Positions 20,211 through 29,741 of a stretch of 64,000 nucleotides of DNA are shown here, one piece after another. The stretch covers positions 1 to 64,000 of the forward strand of contig CAXXXF010000016.1 in assembly GCA_963667175.2 (NCBI GenBank), in the 5' to 3' direction. Position 1 is the first letter of the stretch. Every line of letters begins with the position of its first letter. The notes beneath the pieces were generated by a model that was given only the letters and a program-made list of their open reading frames with translations, did not search any database and was not told where the DNA came from. This stretch comes from Candidatus Latescibacterota bacterium (GTDB lineage Bacteria > Latescibacterota > UBA2968 > GCA-2709665). Both the position numbers and the translations under genes were made by a program.

Positions 20211-22307
20211 CTACGAGGGAGAGTGGCGTCGATCGGTCGATCGAATGGTTTCGACGAGAAAGCTGCCGCCGTCCAACACGCTGGCGCGACTCGAGGGATC
20301 CAGCCAGACGGTCGTGTCGGGCTGTTCGATGACGGCCGGACCTGTAAATTCGGAACCCCAGGGTATCCTGGAACGCTCGTACGTGGGACACCGGACGAAA
20401 GCGTCGTCGACCCAGACGTTGCGGCTGCCCTTGTACGCCTGGTCCAGCGTTGTCGGCGGCGGGGTCAGCAGCGAGCCAAGAGCGCGGTGTTTCCTCACAC
20501 CGATTACGGAGGTCCGCAGGTTCAGCAGTCGGACGGGGATGTCGTCCAGCAGCGCCTGCAGACGGTCGAACCCGCTGTGCGCGCTTCCGTAACGCTGAAG
20601 GTACGACGCCCTGAAGCGCATCGCGATGCGTTCGGGGCTTGTATCGCCGTCCGGCAAGAGGGTGCGGATCACGTGGGTCTGGCCTTCGTACGCGACGTCG
20701 GCTTCTCGAAGCAGATGAATGCGGCTCAGGGGGAGGTTCACCTTCTTGAGAAATGCGTTGCCACGCGCCCGGTCATTTTCGAAGATACGCCGGATTTCGC
20801 TGGTGTCGAGGTCGTCGAGACGGCGGTTGACCGACGTTACGTAGTCGCGCTTCACGTCCGCGATCGCGCAGCCCCATGCGGATGCGAGGCCAGGATGAAA
20901 GGGGACGAGCCCGCGTGGGATACCGAGTTCCTGCATCAGAAAGCCCACCAGCAGGGGACCGCTTCCACCGAAGGCGAAAAGGGCGAAGTCTCTCGGATCC
21001 CGGCCGCGATCGACGGAAATTCGCCGGAGGCTGCCGGCGATGCGATTGTTGGTTACGGCGACAACGGCCCGAGCAGCCTCCTCGGCCGAGAGGCCGAGAG
21101 GATCCGCGACGTGTGTTTCCAGCGCCCATCTTGCTTTCGACAGGTCGAAGGAAAACCCCGCCTGGCCGGCGATGGGGTATTCCGGATTGATGCGGCCCAG
21201 CACGAGGTTCGCATCGGTTAACGTCGGCAGGCGGCCGCCTCTTCCGTAACCGGCCGGCCCGGGATCCGCGCCCGCGCTCTCCGGGCCGACCTGAAGGATG
21301 CCCCCCTCGTCGATGCGCGCTATGCTTCCTCCGCCCGCGCCGACGGTCTGGACGTCCACCATGGAAAGCAGGATCGGAATGCCGAAATCCAGCTCAGTTC
21401 CGTGAGCCTGCGCCGGAATGCCGTCCGTGACCAGCGACACGTCCAGGCTGGTGCCGCCCATATCGTAGGCAATGAGATCGCGGATTTTGCTTTCCGCGGC
21501 GATGGCCGTCGCGGCGATGACACCCGCCGCCGGCCCGGAAAGCACGGTCTGCACCGCGAATCGTCCGGCTTCGTCGGCAGGCGCCATGCCTCCGTTGGAT
21601 TGCATGACGAGCAGATCGGCACGATAGCCCGTGCGTTTCAGGCTTCGTTCCAGATTGGCCAGATAGCGGCTGACAACGGGTTGGACGTACGCGTTCACGA
21701 CGGCCGTGCTGGTGCGTTCGAATTCCCGAATCAGCGGCAGGATATCCGCGGATGCGACCACGTGCAGATCCGGGTATCGATTCTCAATGAGCGTTTTCGC
21801 CCGCCGCTCGTGGATCGGATTGGCGTACGCGTTCATAAACGAGACGACGATCGCCTCGACGTTTTCCGCCGCAAGTTCCGCCGCGCAAGATATGACCGCG
21901 TCCTCGTCGAGCGGGACCAGCACGTCGCCCTCAGCCGAAATACGCTCCGTCACCTCCAGCCGGCGGTCGCGGGGAATGAGAGGTTCATAGGTCCCGCTAA
22001 GACCGTAGAGATGGGGCCGGTCCCGTCGACGGAGTTCCAGAATATCGCGGAAACCTTCGGTGGCGATCAGGCCGCACAACCCGCCCTTGCGTTCGAGGAC
22101 CGCGTTCGTTGCCACGGTCGTTCCGTGGATGACCAGTTCGGTTTCGCCGTCGGCGGCGCCAAGGGCATCCAGCCCTTCAATCAATCCCTGCGACGGATCT
22201 TCCGACGTCGTCGGGACTTTCCCCAAGGTCAGGGACGGCCCGGCGTCATCCAGAATCAGGATGTCCGTAAACGTTCCGCCGATATCGACGCCGACAATCC
22301 GTGGCAT
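20211..22307 (-). CDS. Hydantoinase A/oxoprolinase family protein (ATP-binding subunit)
   Basis: VDIGGTFTD, HGTTVATNAVLERKG, REFERTST, SGPAAG, DMGGTS, GAGGGS, GPESAGADPGPA. Confidence 0.94.
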   Translation of the reverse strand: MPRIVGVDIGGTFTDILILDDAGPSLTLGKVPTTSEDPSQGLIEGLDALGAADGETELVIHGTTVATNAVLERKGGLCGLIATEGFRDILELRRRDRPHLYGLSGTYEPLIPRDRRLEVTERISAEGDVLVPLDEDAVISCAAELAAENVEAIVVSFMNAYANPIHERRAKTLIENRYPDLHVVASADILPLIREFERTSTAVVNAYVQPVVSRYLANLERSLKRTGYRADLLVMQSNGGMAPADEAGRFAVQTVLSGPAAGVIAATAIAAESKIRDLIAYDMGGTSLDVSLVTDGIPAQAHGTELDFGIPILLSMVDVQTVGAGGGSIARIDEGGILQVGPESAGADPGPAGYGRGGRLPTLTDANLVLGRINPEYPIAGQAGFSFDLSKARWALETHVADPLGLSAEEAARAVVAVTNNRIAGSLRRISVDRGRDPRDFALFAFGGSGPLLVGFLMQELGIPRGLVPFHPGLASAWGCAIADVKRDYVTSVNRRLDDLDTSEIRRIFENDRARGNAFLKKVNLPLSRIHLLREADVAYEGQTHVIRTLLPDGDTSPERIAMRFRASYLQRYGSAHSGFDRLQALLDDIPVRLLNLRTSVIGVRKHRALGSLLTPPPTTLDQAYKGSRNVWVDDAFVRCPTYERSRIPWGSEFTGPAVIEQPDTTVWLDPSSRASVLDGGSFLVETIRSTDRRHSPS

Positions 22308-22548
22308 GACGTTACCCCTGCCGGGGGATGGCGTTCAGACCGGAAATCCGGTTGAATGAAATCGGGCAACCCGCCGGGAACGTGCCGGGTTGTCTGCAAG
22401 ACAGGACACAAGCGTTCGCGTATTGAACGACAGCCAGAACTTAGACGTTCCGCAGACGCGCGTCAACCCAAAAACAGGCTTGCACGCTAACGCTTGTTGC
22501 GGCGCGGATGAAGAGGGGAGGCGAAGTGCGCGTCTCCGCGTTTTCAGT

Positions 22549-22577
22549 TTGACCGGGTCGGATACTTCCTTTAGATT
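22549..22577 (+). promoter_or_regulatory. sigma70-like promoter
   Basis: TTGACC-N17-TAGATT upstream of the 22633 ORF. Confidence 0.45.
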
Positions 22578-22632
22578 TGGGTGGTTTTGTTCCGGAGTCG
22601 ACGCGATTCTCACGCCTGCGGGGGTCATTCGA

Positions 22633-23373
22633 ATGCCGAGAGGCCGTTGCCATTTCGCGTTGCTGGCGGCCCTGCACGATCGATTTCAATCGGAGTGTCC
22701 CGAAGCGGCCGCACTTGCGGATGCCTATACGCCCGGCATGCTGGCCGGCGCCTGCGCGCCGGACGGACTGCGTTTTGTGGGCAACCAGGGCAAATTCGCC
22801 ACCCATTTTTACACGGACCGCCGAAAGGAGACGTGGGGACGGTCGGTTGCAGGACTGTTCGCAGCCCATCCGGACCTTGGCGATCCGGGCCGCCTTTCCG
22901 ACGCGGATGTGGCGGTGATGATCGGGTATATCTCCCATCTGACGGTGGACGAGGCATTTCGGGATGAAGTCACGGTACACGTCTATGGCGTCGATAACTG
23001 GCGTCCGGTGATCATGGGGCTATGGTCGATGGTGGACGAGTTTTCGATCGACAATGACACGTACAAGACAGAAGTTCACCGTTTCATGCGCCGAGACAAC
23101 GTCGGGTTCATCGATTGCGGGGTCGTGAGCCGGTACCTGGACATGGTGAAGCCGTGGGCGATCGTGGAAGACCCCTGGGAGGTCGAACGAATCTTCCTGA
23201 ATCTGAGGCGCAGTGAACTTCCGGAAGCGGAAGCGCGCGGCGTCTGGGAACGTAACCTGAGGTTGGCGGAGCCGTTTCTGGATTGCGAACGTCGGACGCT
23301 TTTTCGCAGATCGGCCGTGAACGAGGGGATGGCGGAAACCATACGATATCTCAAAGGCGTCTATGCGCCGTAA
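22633..23373 (+). CDS. Zinc-dependent phospholipase C-like (Zn_dep_PLPC fold) hypothetical hydrolase
   Basis: N-terminal MPxxxxH, GACAPD, THFY, GYISHLTVD metal-ligand pattern. Confidence 0.65.
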   Translation: MPRGRCHFALLAALHDRFQSECPEAAALADAYTPGMLAGACAPDGLRFVGNQGKFATHFYTDRRKETWGRSVAGLFAAHPDLGDPGRLSDADVAVMIGYISHLTVDEAFRDEVTVHVYGVDNWRPVIMGLWSMVDEFSIDNDTYKTEVHRFMRRDNVGFIDCGVVSRYLDMVKPWAIVEDPWEVERIFLNLRRSELPEAEARGVWERNLRLAEPFLDCERRTLFRRSAVNEGMAETIRYLKGVYAP

Positions 23374-23387
23374 CAAGGGAGCTCTCG

Positions 23388-24410
23388 ATGGAAGCGTACC
23401 GTGTCGGTGTGATTGGTTGCCGCGGGATTGGCGATGAACATGCATCCGGCCTGGTCGGCCTGACCAATGTGACGCTGGCGGCCGCGTGCGACCTGGACGA
23501 GACGACGCTTGCGGCTTTCGGAGACCGGTGGCGATCCGATTGGCCCGATCTCAATCTATACACCGATCACCGTGAAATGATGGAGAGGGAGGGACTCGAT
23601 ATCGTCACCGTGGCGACGTCCGACCACCGGCACGCCAAACTCGTCGTTGACGCGGCCGACGCGGGCGCGAAGGGGATCTTTTGCGAAAAACCCCTCGCGA
23701 CCAATCTGGCGGATGCCGACAGGATGGTGTACGCCGCTGAACGCAACGGCGCGGTCCTTTCCGTCGATCACACGAGACGCTTTCAACCGTTATGGCGCCA
23801 TATCAAGGAACAGATCGTGGATGGCGGAGAGGTCGGTCCGGTACAGTACATCGTGGGGGCGCTGAACGGACCGAGATCGATGTTGTTTCGAAACGGCACA
23901 CACCTCGTGGATTCGATATGCTATTTCGCAGATTCGGAGCCGGATTGGGTGTTCGCGGAACTGGAATCCGGATTTGAGGATTATTCGGAGTACAGGGGCG
24001 ACGGCGGCCACGATCCCGCAACCGAGCCGTCTGCCAGCGGCTATATCCACTTCGCCAACGGCGTTCGGGGATTCTTCGCCGGTGGTTCGAAAGTCTCCGC
24101 GGATCCGAAGTTCAGGTGCGAGATCGTGGGGACAACCGGATACGTCGACGTCGGCCGCAGCGACGCCGTGCTGATACGCGGAGCCGAACGGGAAGAGATC
24201 CGGGCGCCCGAGTGGCCCGTAAGCGGCATTCGCGCAGGGGTACAGGAATTGGTGCGCGTGGTCGATGAGGGCGGGCGACCGGTCTCACCGGCAAAGGACG
24301 CACACCGGGTCGTGGAGATCATGATCGGGTTTCTCGAGTCGCAACGGTTGGGAAACGTACGGGTGGATCTGCCCATTCCACTCGAGCGAAGGGGCAAACA
24401 GCAGACGTAA
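23388..24410 (+). CDS. Gfo/Idh/MocA family oxidoreductase
   Basis: AAGGGAG RBS; VGVIGCRGIG, CEKPLA, HTRRF, GTHLVD. Confidence 0.92.
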   Translation: MEAYRVGVIGCRGIGDEHASGLVGLTNVTLAAACDLDETTLAAFGDRWRSDWPDLNLYTDHREMMEREGLDIVTVATSDHRHAKLVVDAADAGAKGIFCEKPLATNLADADRMVYAAERNGAVLSVDHTRRFQPLWRHIKEQIVDGGEVGPVQYIVGALNGPRSMLFRNGTHLVDSICYFADSEPDWVFAELESGFEDYSEYRGDGGHDPATEPSASGYIHFANGVRGFFAGGSKVSADPKFRCEIVGTTGYVDVGRSDAVLIRGAEREEIRAPEWPVSGIRAGVQELVRVVDEGGRPVSPAKDAHRVVEIMIGFLESQRLGNVRVDLPIPLERRGKQQT

Positions 24411-24517
24411 ACACGGGAAATCGGCGATAAAGCTTGCCCGGCGCATCAAAAGAACCTATTATAATCCTTCTCGATCAGATTCGGGCGGGTGTGCTCTCGC
24501 CGGTTCGGTCACTCTAT

Positions 24518-24660
24518 CAGCCCGTTGATAAAGTCCATCCGGGCTACGTCCGGCCCTTGTGTCCGAATTACTGCGTTGCCTGCCTGCAGCAGGCAGGCGC
24601 GCCTTGTCTTCGGCCACAATGGCTCGGCCTCGCCTGCAGAGCGACTTTTTCAACGGACTG
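24518..24660. mobile_element. MITE-like family A, copy 2 (both ends intact, apical hairpin deleted)
   Basis: 18-bp TIRs CAGCCCGTTGATAAAGTC / GACTTTTTCAACGGACTG (16/18 match); flanked by direct repeat CTAT (24514-17, 24661-64). Confidence 0.85.
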
Positions 24661-24742
24661 CTATCGGGCAGGTTTGCGCGCGCCGGAGTCCGATTGCGCA
24701 TCGCCTTCCAGGAGCAGCGCATCGACAGGAGAGGAGAACGGG

Positions 24743-25135
24743 GTGACGTTTAACTTTGAACATACGGCATTTCTGGTTGAAGACGCGAGGGCCGTGTCGG
24801 ATTGGTGGTGCAGACACCTGGGCATGGAAGTGGTCCGGTACGGCGGCCCCCCTTCGCACATGACCTTCCTGAGAGACGCCTCCGGAAAAACCATGTTCGA
24901 AATTTATGAGAAAGACTCGATGGAGACGCCCGGCTACGCATCGATGCATGTCTCAGTTCTCCACTTCGCGTTCTATACTGACGATATCGAGCGGGAACGG
25001 GACAGGCTCCTCGCCGCGGGGGCGTCCATCGTGGACGACGTGTATACGACGGACGTTGGCGATCAGCTGGCGATGCTTCGCGACCCCTGGGGCGTGGCCG
25101 TACAGGTCCTCAAGCGGAAGGAACCGATGGTATGA
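24743..25135 (+). CDS. VOC (glyoxalase/bleomycin-resistance) family protein
   Basis: AGGAGAGGAG RBS, GTG start; FEHTAFLVED, FEIYE, LHFAF, LRDPWG. Confidence 0.88.
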   Translation: MTFNFEHTAFLVEDARAVSDWWCRHLGMEVVRYGGPPSHMTFLRDASGKTMFEIYEKDSMETPGYASMHVSVLHFAFYTDDIERERDRLLAAGASIVDDVYTTDVGDQLAMLRDPWGVAVQVLKRKEPMV

Positions 25136-25194
25136 GGACCATCCGGATGTGAATGACGGGCAGGTTGCTCCAATTGCCCTGGCTCGGAGGGATG

Positions 25195-26250
25195 ATGCCG
25201 ATCATCGACGTTGCGTCGTTGAAACAGATATGCACAGAGGTCATGACGGGCGCGGGTCTATCCGGCGCGGAGGCACGCCGGATTTCTCATTCGCTTGTTC
25301 TAGCGAATCTGATGGGCCACGATTCCCACGGCGTGATCAGGCTTCCGCAGTACGTGGAGGCACTCAAGGACGGCATCGTAACGGCCGGGCGTGACATTCG
25401 CGTTACCCGGGAGGCCGACGCATCGGCGGTGGTCGACGGGCGGTGGGGCTTCGGGCAGACGGTCTGCGCACAGGCCATGGAACTGGCGATGAAAAAGGGC
25501 CGTGAAAGATCCGTCGCCGCGGTGGAGTTGTTCAACAGCAGCCATATCGGACGCCTCGGCGAATACGTGGAACAGGCCGCGGAAAGAGGGTTCATCGGTA
25601 TCGTGACGTGCAACAACCACGGCGGAGGTCGGCTGCTTTCGCCATTCGGCGGCATCGACGCGCGTATGTCACCGAATCCCATTGCCGTCGGCGTTCCGAC
25701 CGGAGGCGATTTTCCGATCGTCGTGGATATGACGACCAGCGTGGTTGCGGAAGGAAAGATTCGCGTAAAGCGTAACCGGGGCGAACCCCTGCCGCAGGGT
25801 TGGGCGATTGACGCGGAGGGCAGTCCCGTGGAACGGCCGGACGACTTCTACGGTCCGCCGCGGGGGGCGATTCTGCCATTCGGAGGGAATTCAGCACACA
25901 AGGGATATGCGCTGGCCGTCGTCATCGACATTCTCTCCGGCGCCTTGGGGGGCGGCGGATGCAGCCGCGACGGGGCGCCGTCCGGTGGAAACGGTGTATT
26001 TCTGATGGCAATCGACGTCCGGGCATTTACCCCGCCGGAACGGTTCCGCGAGGAAGTGGACGGCTTCGTCGATTATTTGAAGAGTTCGAGGCTGCTGCCG
26101 GGATTCGACCGGGTTCACCTGCCCGGTGAAATCGAGTATCGTCTTCGCCGGGAGCGTGAAACCGCGGGTGTTTATCTGGATGACGAGACCTGGCGACAGA
26201 TCCGCGAGACGGGCGACAGCTTAGGCGCCGACGTTTCCATAAGCAATTGA
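25195..26250 (+). CDS. Ldh_2 family (malate/L-lactate/sulfolactate-type) oxidoreductase
   Basis: GHDSHGV, DGRWGFGQ, HIGRLG, PNPIA, DMTTS, HKGYAL, LPGEIE. Confidence 0.92.
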   Translation: MPIIDVASLKQICTEVMTGAGLSGAEARRISHSLVLANLMGHDSHGVIRLPQYVEALKDGIVTAGRDIRVTREADASAVVDGRWGFGQTVCAQAMELAMKKGRERSVAAVELFNSSHIGRLGEYVEQAAERGFIGIVTCNNHGGGRLLSPFGGIDARMSPNPIAVGVPTGGDFPIVVDMTTSVVAEGKIRVKRNRGEPLPQGWAIDAEGSPVERPDDFYGPPRGAILPFGGNSAHKGYALAVVIDILSGALGGGGCSRDGAPSGGNGVFLMAIDVRAFTPPERFREEVDGFVDYLKSSRLLPGFDRVHLPGEIEYRLRRERETAGVYLDDETWRQIRETGDSLGADVSISN

Positions 26251-26438
26251 GATACAGTTGATTCAGATCGTCCCTTAGACTCGTGCCTTAGCTGGAATGC
26301 GGTTCGTGCGATGAATGAGGAACGTCGCAACGGAAGGGTGCGGGCCGGCATTGGGGAACACCCGCGGTGCGACCGCGGTACTCCTTACAGAACAGAACGA
26401 TTATCCGGCGTCTCAAAACTGCAAACGGGAGGTCACCG

Positions 26439-27209
26439 ATGGCAACAATCAGAATCACGCTTCTGGGTCACGCGTCGTTCCGCCTGGAACCCGATACGGG
26501 CGAGGTGGTTTATTTCGACCCGTGGCTGAATAACAACCCAACGACCGAATTGAGCGTGTCGGACGTCGAGCAGGCCGACGTGGTGATTGCGACGCACGGA
26601 CACGACGACCATCTCGGCGATTCCTTTGCAATCTGCAGGCAGACGGGAGCCGTATTCGCGGGCAGCTACGAACTTTGCCTGACCGCCGAGAAGAACGGGC
26701 TGACTCTTGGGGAACAGGCGCGTCCGGTGAATCCGGGCGGCGCCATCGACGTGAACGGGGTGCGCATCACCGCGACCCAGGCTTTCCATTCCCATTCCAT
26801 GTCGCCAAATCAGTCGCTGGGCGAAGCGCCGGACGATGAGTACTTCCGGCCGGACGGCGGCGTTTGCGGAATCGTGATGCGGTTTTCAAACGGAATTTCC
26901 GTTTACGATACGGCGGATACGGCGCTGTTCAGCGATATGCAGTTGATCAGCCAGATGTATGGTCCTCAAGTGGCCATCGTTCCGGTTGGCGGGCTGTTTA
27001 CGATGGGTATCCGGGAGGCGGCCCGGGCCGCGAGTCTGATTCGCCCGGACATCGTCATTCCGTGCCATTACGGAGACGCGGTAGGTCAGCCCGCGGATAT
27101 CGACGCCTTCTCGGAAATGGTCGGCTTTCTGTCGCCGAATACGAAGGTTGTCGAGCTCGACCCCGGGCAGGCTGTGACCTATGCGTCCGCCAGCCACACG
27201 GTTTCCTGA
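26439..27209 (+). CDS. Metallo-beta-lactamase-fold hydrolase (UPF0173-like)
   Basis: GGAGG RBS; LGHASF, DPW, THGHDDHLGD, DTALFSDM, IPCHY. Confidence 0.88.
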   Translation: MATIRITLLGHASFRLEPDTGEVVYFDPWLNNNPTTELSVSDVEQADVVIATHGHDDHLGDSFAICRQTGAVFAGSYELCLTAEKNGLTLGEQARPVNPGGAIDVNGVRITATQAFHSHSMSPNQSLGEAPDDEYFRPDGGVCGIVMRFSNGISVYDTADTALFSDMQLISQMYGPQVAIVPVGGLFTMGIREAARAASLIRPDIVIPCHYGDAVGQPADIDAFSEMVGFLSPNTKVVELDPGQAVTYASASHTVS

Positions 27210-27233
27210 TTCCGGAAAGACAGGGAGGTACGC

Positions 27234-28049
27234 GTGGCGAAGGAGTTGACCAACGCCATTATATCTCAAAAAATCGAACTTGCACCCGAGCTGATCATCC
27301 TGCAGGTGAAGGCGGACGGCTGGGATCTTCCGCAATTCGAGCCCGGGCAGTTCGCGGTTCTCGGCCTTCCCGGCCTGGCCCCGAGAAGCAAACAATCCGA
27401 CCCGGAAGAGGAGACCCCCGATGCAAACCGGTTGATCCGTCGGGCGTATTCGATCGCGTCCTCATCCAGGTCGCGCGACCACATGGAATTCTACATCAAC
27501 GTGGTGCGGTCTGGCGCACTGACGCCCAGGCTGTTCGCTTTGGAACGGGGCGACCGCGTCTGGCTGGGGCCCAAGGTGTCCGGCGCGTTCACGCTTGACA
27601 AAGCGCCCCGTACCGCAGACGTCGTGCTCGTAGCCACGGGGACGGGCCTCGCGCCTTATATGAGCATGATGCGTACCCGCTTGCCGGAAGACAACGGTCG
27701 ACGTTTTGCGGTATTGCACGGAGCGAGGCAATCCTGGGATCTCGGATACCGGTCGGAACTCAGTATCATGCAGCAACTTTGCGGCAATCTCACGTATCTC
27801 TCGCTGATCAGCCGCCCGGCCAACGAGCCCGTGACCTGGAGCGGCATGACCGGATACGTGCAGGACCTATGGGCGGGAGGCTGCCTGGACAGAGCCTGGG
27901 GTAAACACCCGAAACCTGAAGATACACAGGTTTTCCTGTGCGGAAACCCGAAAATGTGCGAGGATATGCTCGCCCTTCTCGAAGCCGAAGGATTCTGCGA
28001 GCATACCCGAAAGGCTGTGGGACAAGTGCATATCGAGCGGTACTGGTAG
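27234..28049 (+). CDS. Ferredoxin--NADP+ reductase (bacterial Fpr type)
   Basis: FEPGQF, RRAYSIAS, GALTPRL, ATGTGLAPY, FLCGNP, C-terminal ERYW. Confidence 0.9.
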   Translation: MAKELTNAIISQKIELAPELIILQVKADGWDLPQFEPGQFAVLGLPGLAPRSKQSDPEEETPDANRLIRRAYSIASSSRSRDHMEFYINVVRSGALTPRLFALERGDRVWLGPKVSGAFTLDKAPRTADVVLVATGTGLAPYMSMMRTRLPEDNGRRFAVLHGARQSWDLGYRSELSIMQQLCGNLTYLSLISRPANEPVTWSGMTGYVQDLWAGGCLDRAWGKHPKPEDTQVFLCGNPKMCEDMLALLEAEGFCEHTRKAVGQVHIERYW

Positions 28050-28139
28050 CCGAAGGCGGTCGCCTGCGTACGGGCGTCAGAGGAAGGACGGCGATTCGAT
28101 CAGCGGCTCCCGCGGAGCGCGCAATGGACGGCACAATCC

Positions 28140-29741
28140 ATGATTTACGACGGCATCATCATCGGCGCCGGCCATAACAGCCTGATTCTCCAGGCGTATC
28201 TCGGACGGGCGGGGTTGAGGGTGCTGTGCATCGAGGCGCGGAACGAAGCGGGCGGCGGCCTCACCACGGTGCGGGACCCCCGGCATCCAGGCTTTCTGCA
28301 CAACACCCACTCGTTCTACCACCGGGCGTTGAACCGGATGCCCTGGTACCGCGACCTGCGACTCGAACGCCACGGCGCGGAATACCTCGAGCCGGCATTG
28401 AACGTCGCCCTGCTGTCGAAAGACGGCGGGGCGCTCGAATGGTGGACGGATTTCGGGAAGACGGTTGACTCCTTTGCGCGGTTCAGCAGCACGGACGCTG
28501 CAACGTTGAAGCGGTGGCGCGACGCGTTCCTGCCTATCGTCGATCGGATTCTCATTCCGGAAGCCCAGGCGCCGCCGCTCGAACCGACCCGGCGGAGGGC
28601 GTTGCTCGAGAAGAGCAGGGAGGGCCGGCTGCTGCTGGAAGTCAGCCGACTTTCGCCCCTCGAATTCGTCCGAAGGGAATTCAGAAATCCGGTGATTCAG
28701 GCCGGTTTGCTTTTTTTCAACGGGTTGCGGGAAGTGGACCTTCGCTGCCCCGGGTTCGGTCACCATATTGCCGCGCTCCTGGCCAGTTCGGGAAAGGCCC
28801 AGATGTGCCGTGGGGGTTCGATCGCACTTGCCAGGGCGCTCACGGCCGCGGTCGCCGAGAGCGGCGGAGAACTGCGCCTTCAAACGGAACCCAGGCGGTT
28901 TCTTCTTGAAGGCGAGCGGGTCGCAGGGATAGAAACCAAGGCCGGTGAGCGGCTGGGCGCCCGTTACTTCGTCGCCTCGGGCCTGAACCCGCACCAGACT
29001 TTTCTGGACCTCCTGGACGAGGATGCGCTGCCTGGAAGTTGGCGGGACCGCGCGCAGGCGTTCAGGTATAATCTCATCGCCCCTCTGATTGCCCTGAATC
29101 TCAATCTGGATGAGCCGCCGCGCTACAGCGCCGCCGAAAGCCATCCCCATCTGGCAAAGGCGTTCATGGTGATTCTTGGGCTGGACCACGTGGACCGTTA
29201 CCTGGAGATGGTAGCGTCCCATCGGCGCGGACGAACGCCCCCCAACCTTATGTGGGGCAGTTGTCCCACGCTGTTCGATCCCTCTCAGGCGCCGGCGGGA
29301 AAGCATACCGCGTTCATGTGGAAAAAGGCGCCATACAGACTGAACGGAGATCCGAAACGATGGGACTCGGAGAGGGACCGTCTCGGCGAGGAAATGCTGG
29401 ACGCGTGGTGCCGGTACGCGCCCAACCTGAAACAGAACCTGATTTCAGGGTTCACGCGCAGTCCGCTCGACGTGGAACGCACGTTCCCCAATATGCGGGA
29501 GGGCGACCTTCTGGTCGGCGCCTTTACGCACGGTCAGATGGGTTACAACCGTCCGTTTCCTGGAGCCGGACATTACAGGGGGCGCCTTCAAGGCCTCTAT
29601 CTTTGCGGTTCGAGCTGCCATCCCGGCGGCAATATCACCGGTCTGCCGGGATACAACTGCGCACAGGTCATTCTGCGGGACCTCGGCATCGATGCGGACT
29701 GGGCGCCCGAGCCGATTGACACCCGGCTGAAACGCTTATGA
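28140..29741 (+). CDS. Phytoene-dehydrogenase-like NAD(P)/FAD-dependent oxidoreductase
   Basis: IIGAGHNSL, DPSQAPAGKHT, SPLDVE, LYLCGSSCHPGGNITGLPGYNCA. Confidence 0.88.
   Translation: MIYDGIIIGAGHNSLILQAYLGRAGLRVLCIEARNEAGGGLTTVRDPRHPGFLHNTHSFYHRALNRMPWYRDLRLERHGAEYLEPALNVALLSKDGGALEWWTDFGKTVDSFARFSSTDAATLKRWRDAFLPIVDRILIPEAQAPPLEPTRRRALLEKSREGRLLLEVSRLSPLEFVRREFRNPVIQAGLLFFNGLREVDLRCPGFGHHIAALLASSGKAQMCRGGSIALARALTAAVAESGGELRLQTEPRRFLLEGERVAGIETKAGERLGARYFVASGLNPHQTFLDLLDEDALPGSWRDRAQAFRYNLIAPLIALNLNLDEPPRYSAAESHPHLAKAFMVILGLDHVDRYLEMVASHRRGRTPPNLMWGSCPTLFDPSQAPAGKHTAFMWKKAPYRLNGDPKRWDSERDRLGEEMLDAWCRYAPNLKQNLISGFTRSPLDVERTFPNMREGDLLVGAFTHGQMGYNRPFPGAGHYRGRLQGLYLCGSSCHPGGNITGLPGYNCAQVILRDLGIDADWAPEPIDTRLKRL

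Noticed and set aside
22483-22492. 10-mer CACGCTAACG shared with 34592-34601, upstream of both hydantoinase A genes
   Set aside because: It is non-palindromic and in opposite orientation relative to the two genes; one 10-mer match between two regions of about 300 bp is plausible by chance.
24434-24742. N-terminal extension of the VOC ORF, and ORFs 15130..15423, 31831..32151, 52286..52480
   Set aside because: These are translations of the MITE sequences; the VOC gene has a strong RBS at GTG 24743.
28140-29741. Carotenoid biosynthesis (crtI) call
   Set aside because: No crtB/crtE neighbours, and the motifs fit the broader phytoene-dehydrogenase-like oxidoreductases.
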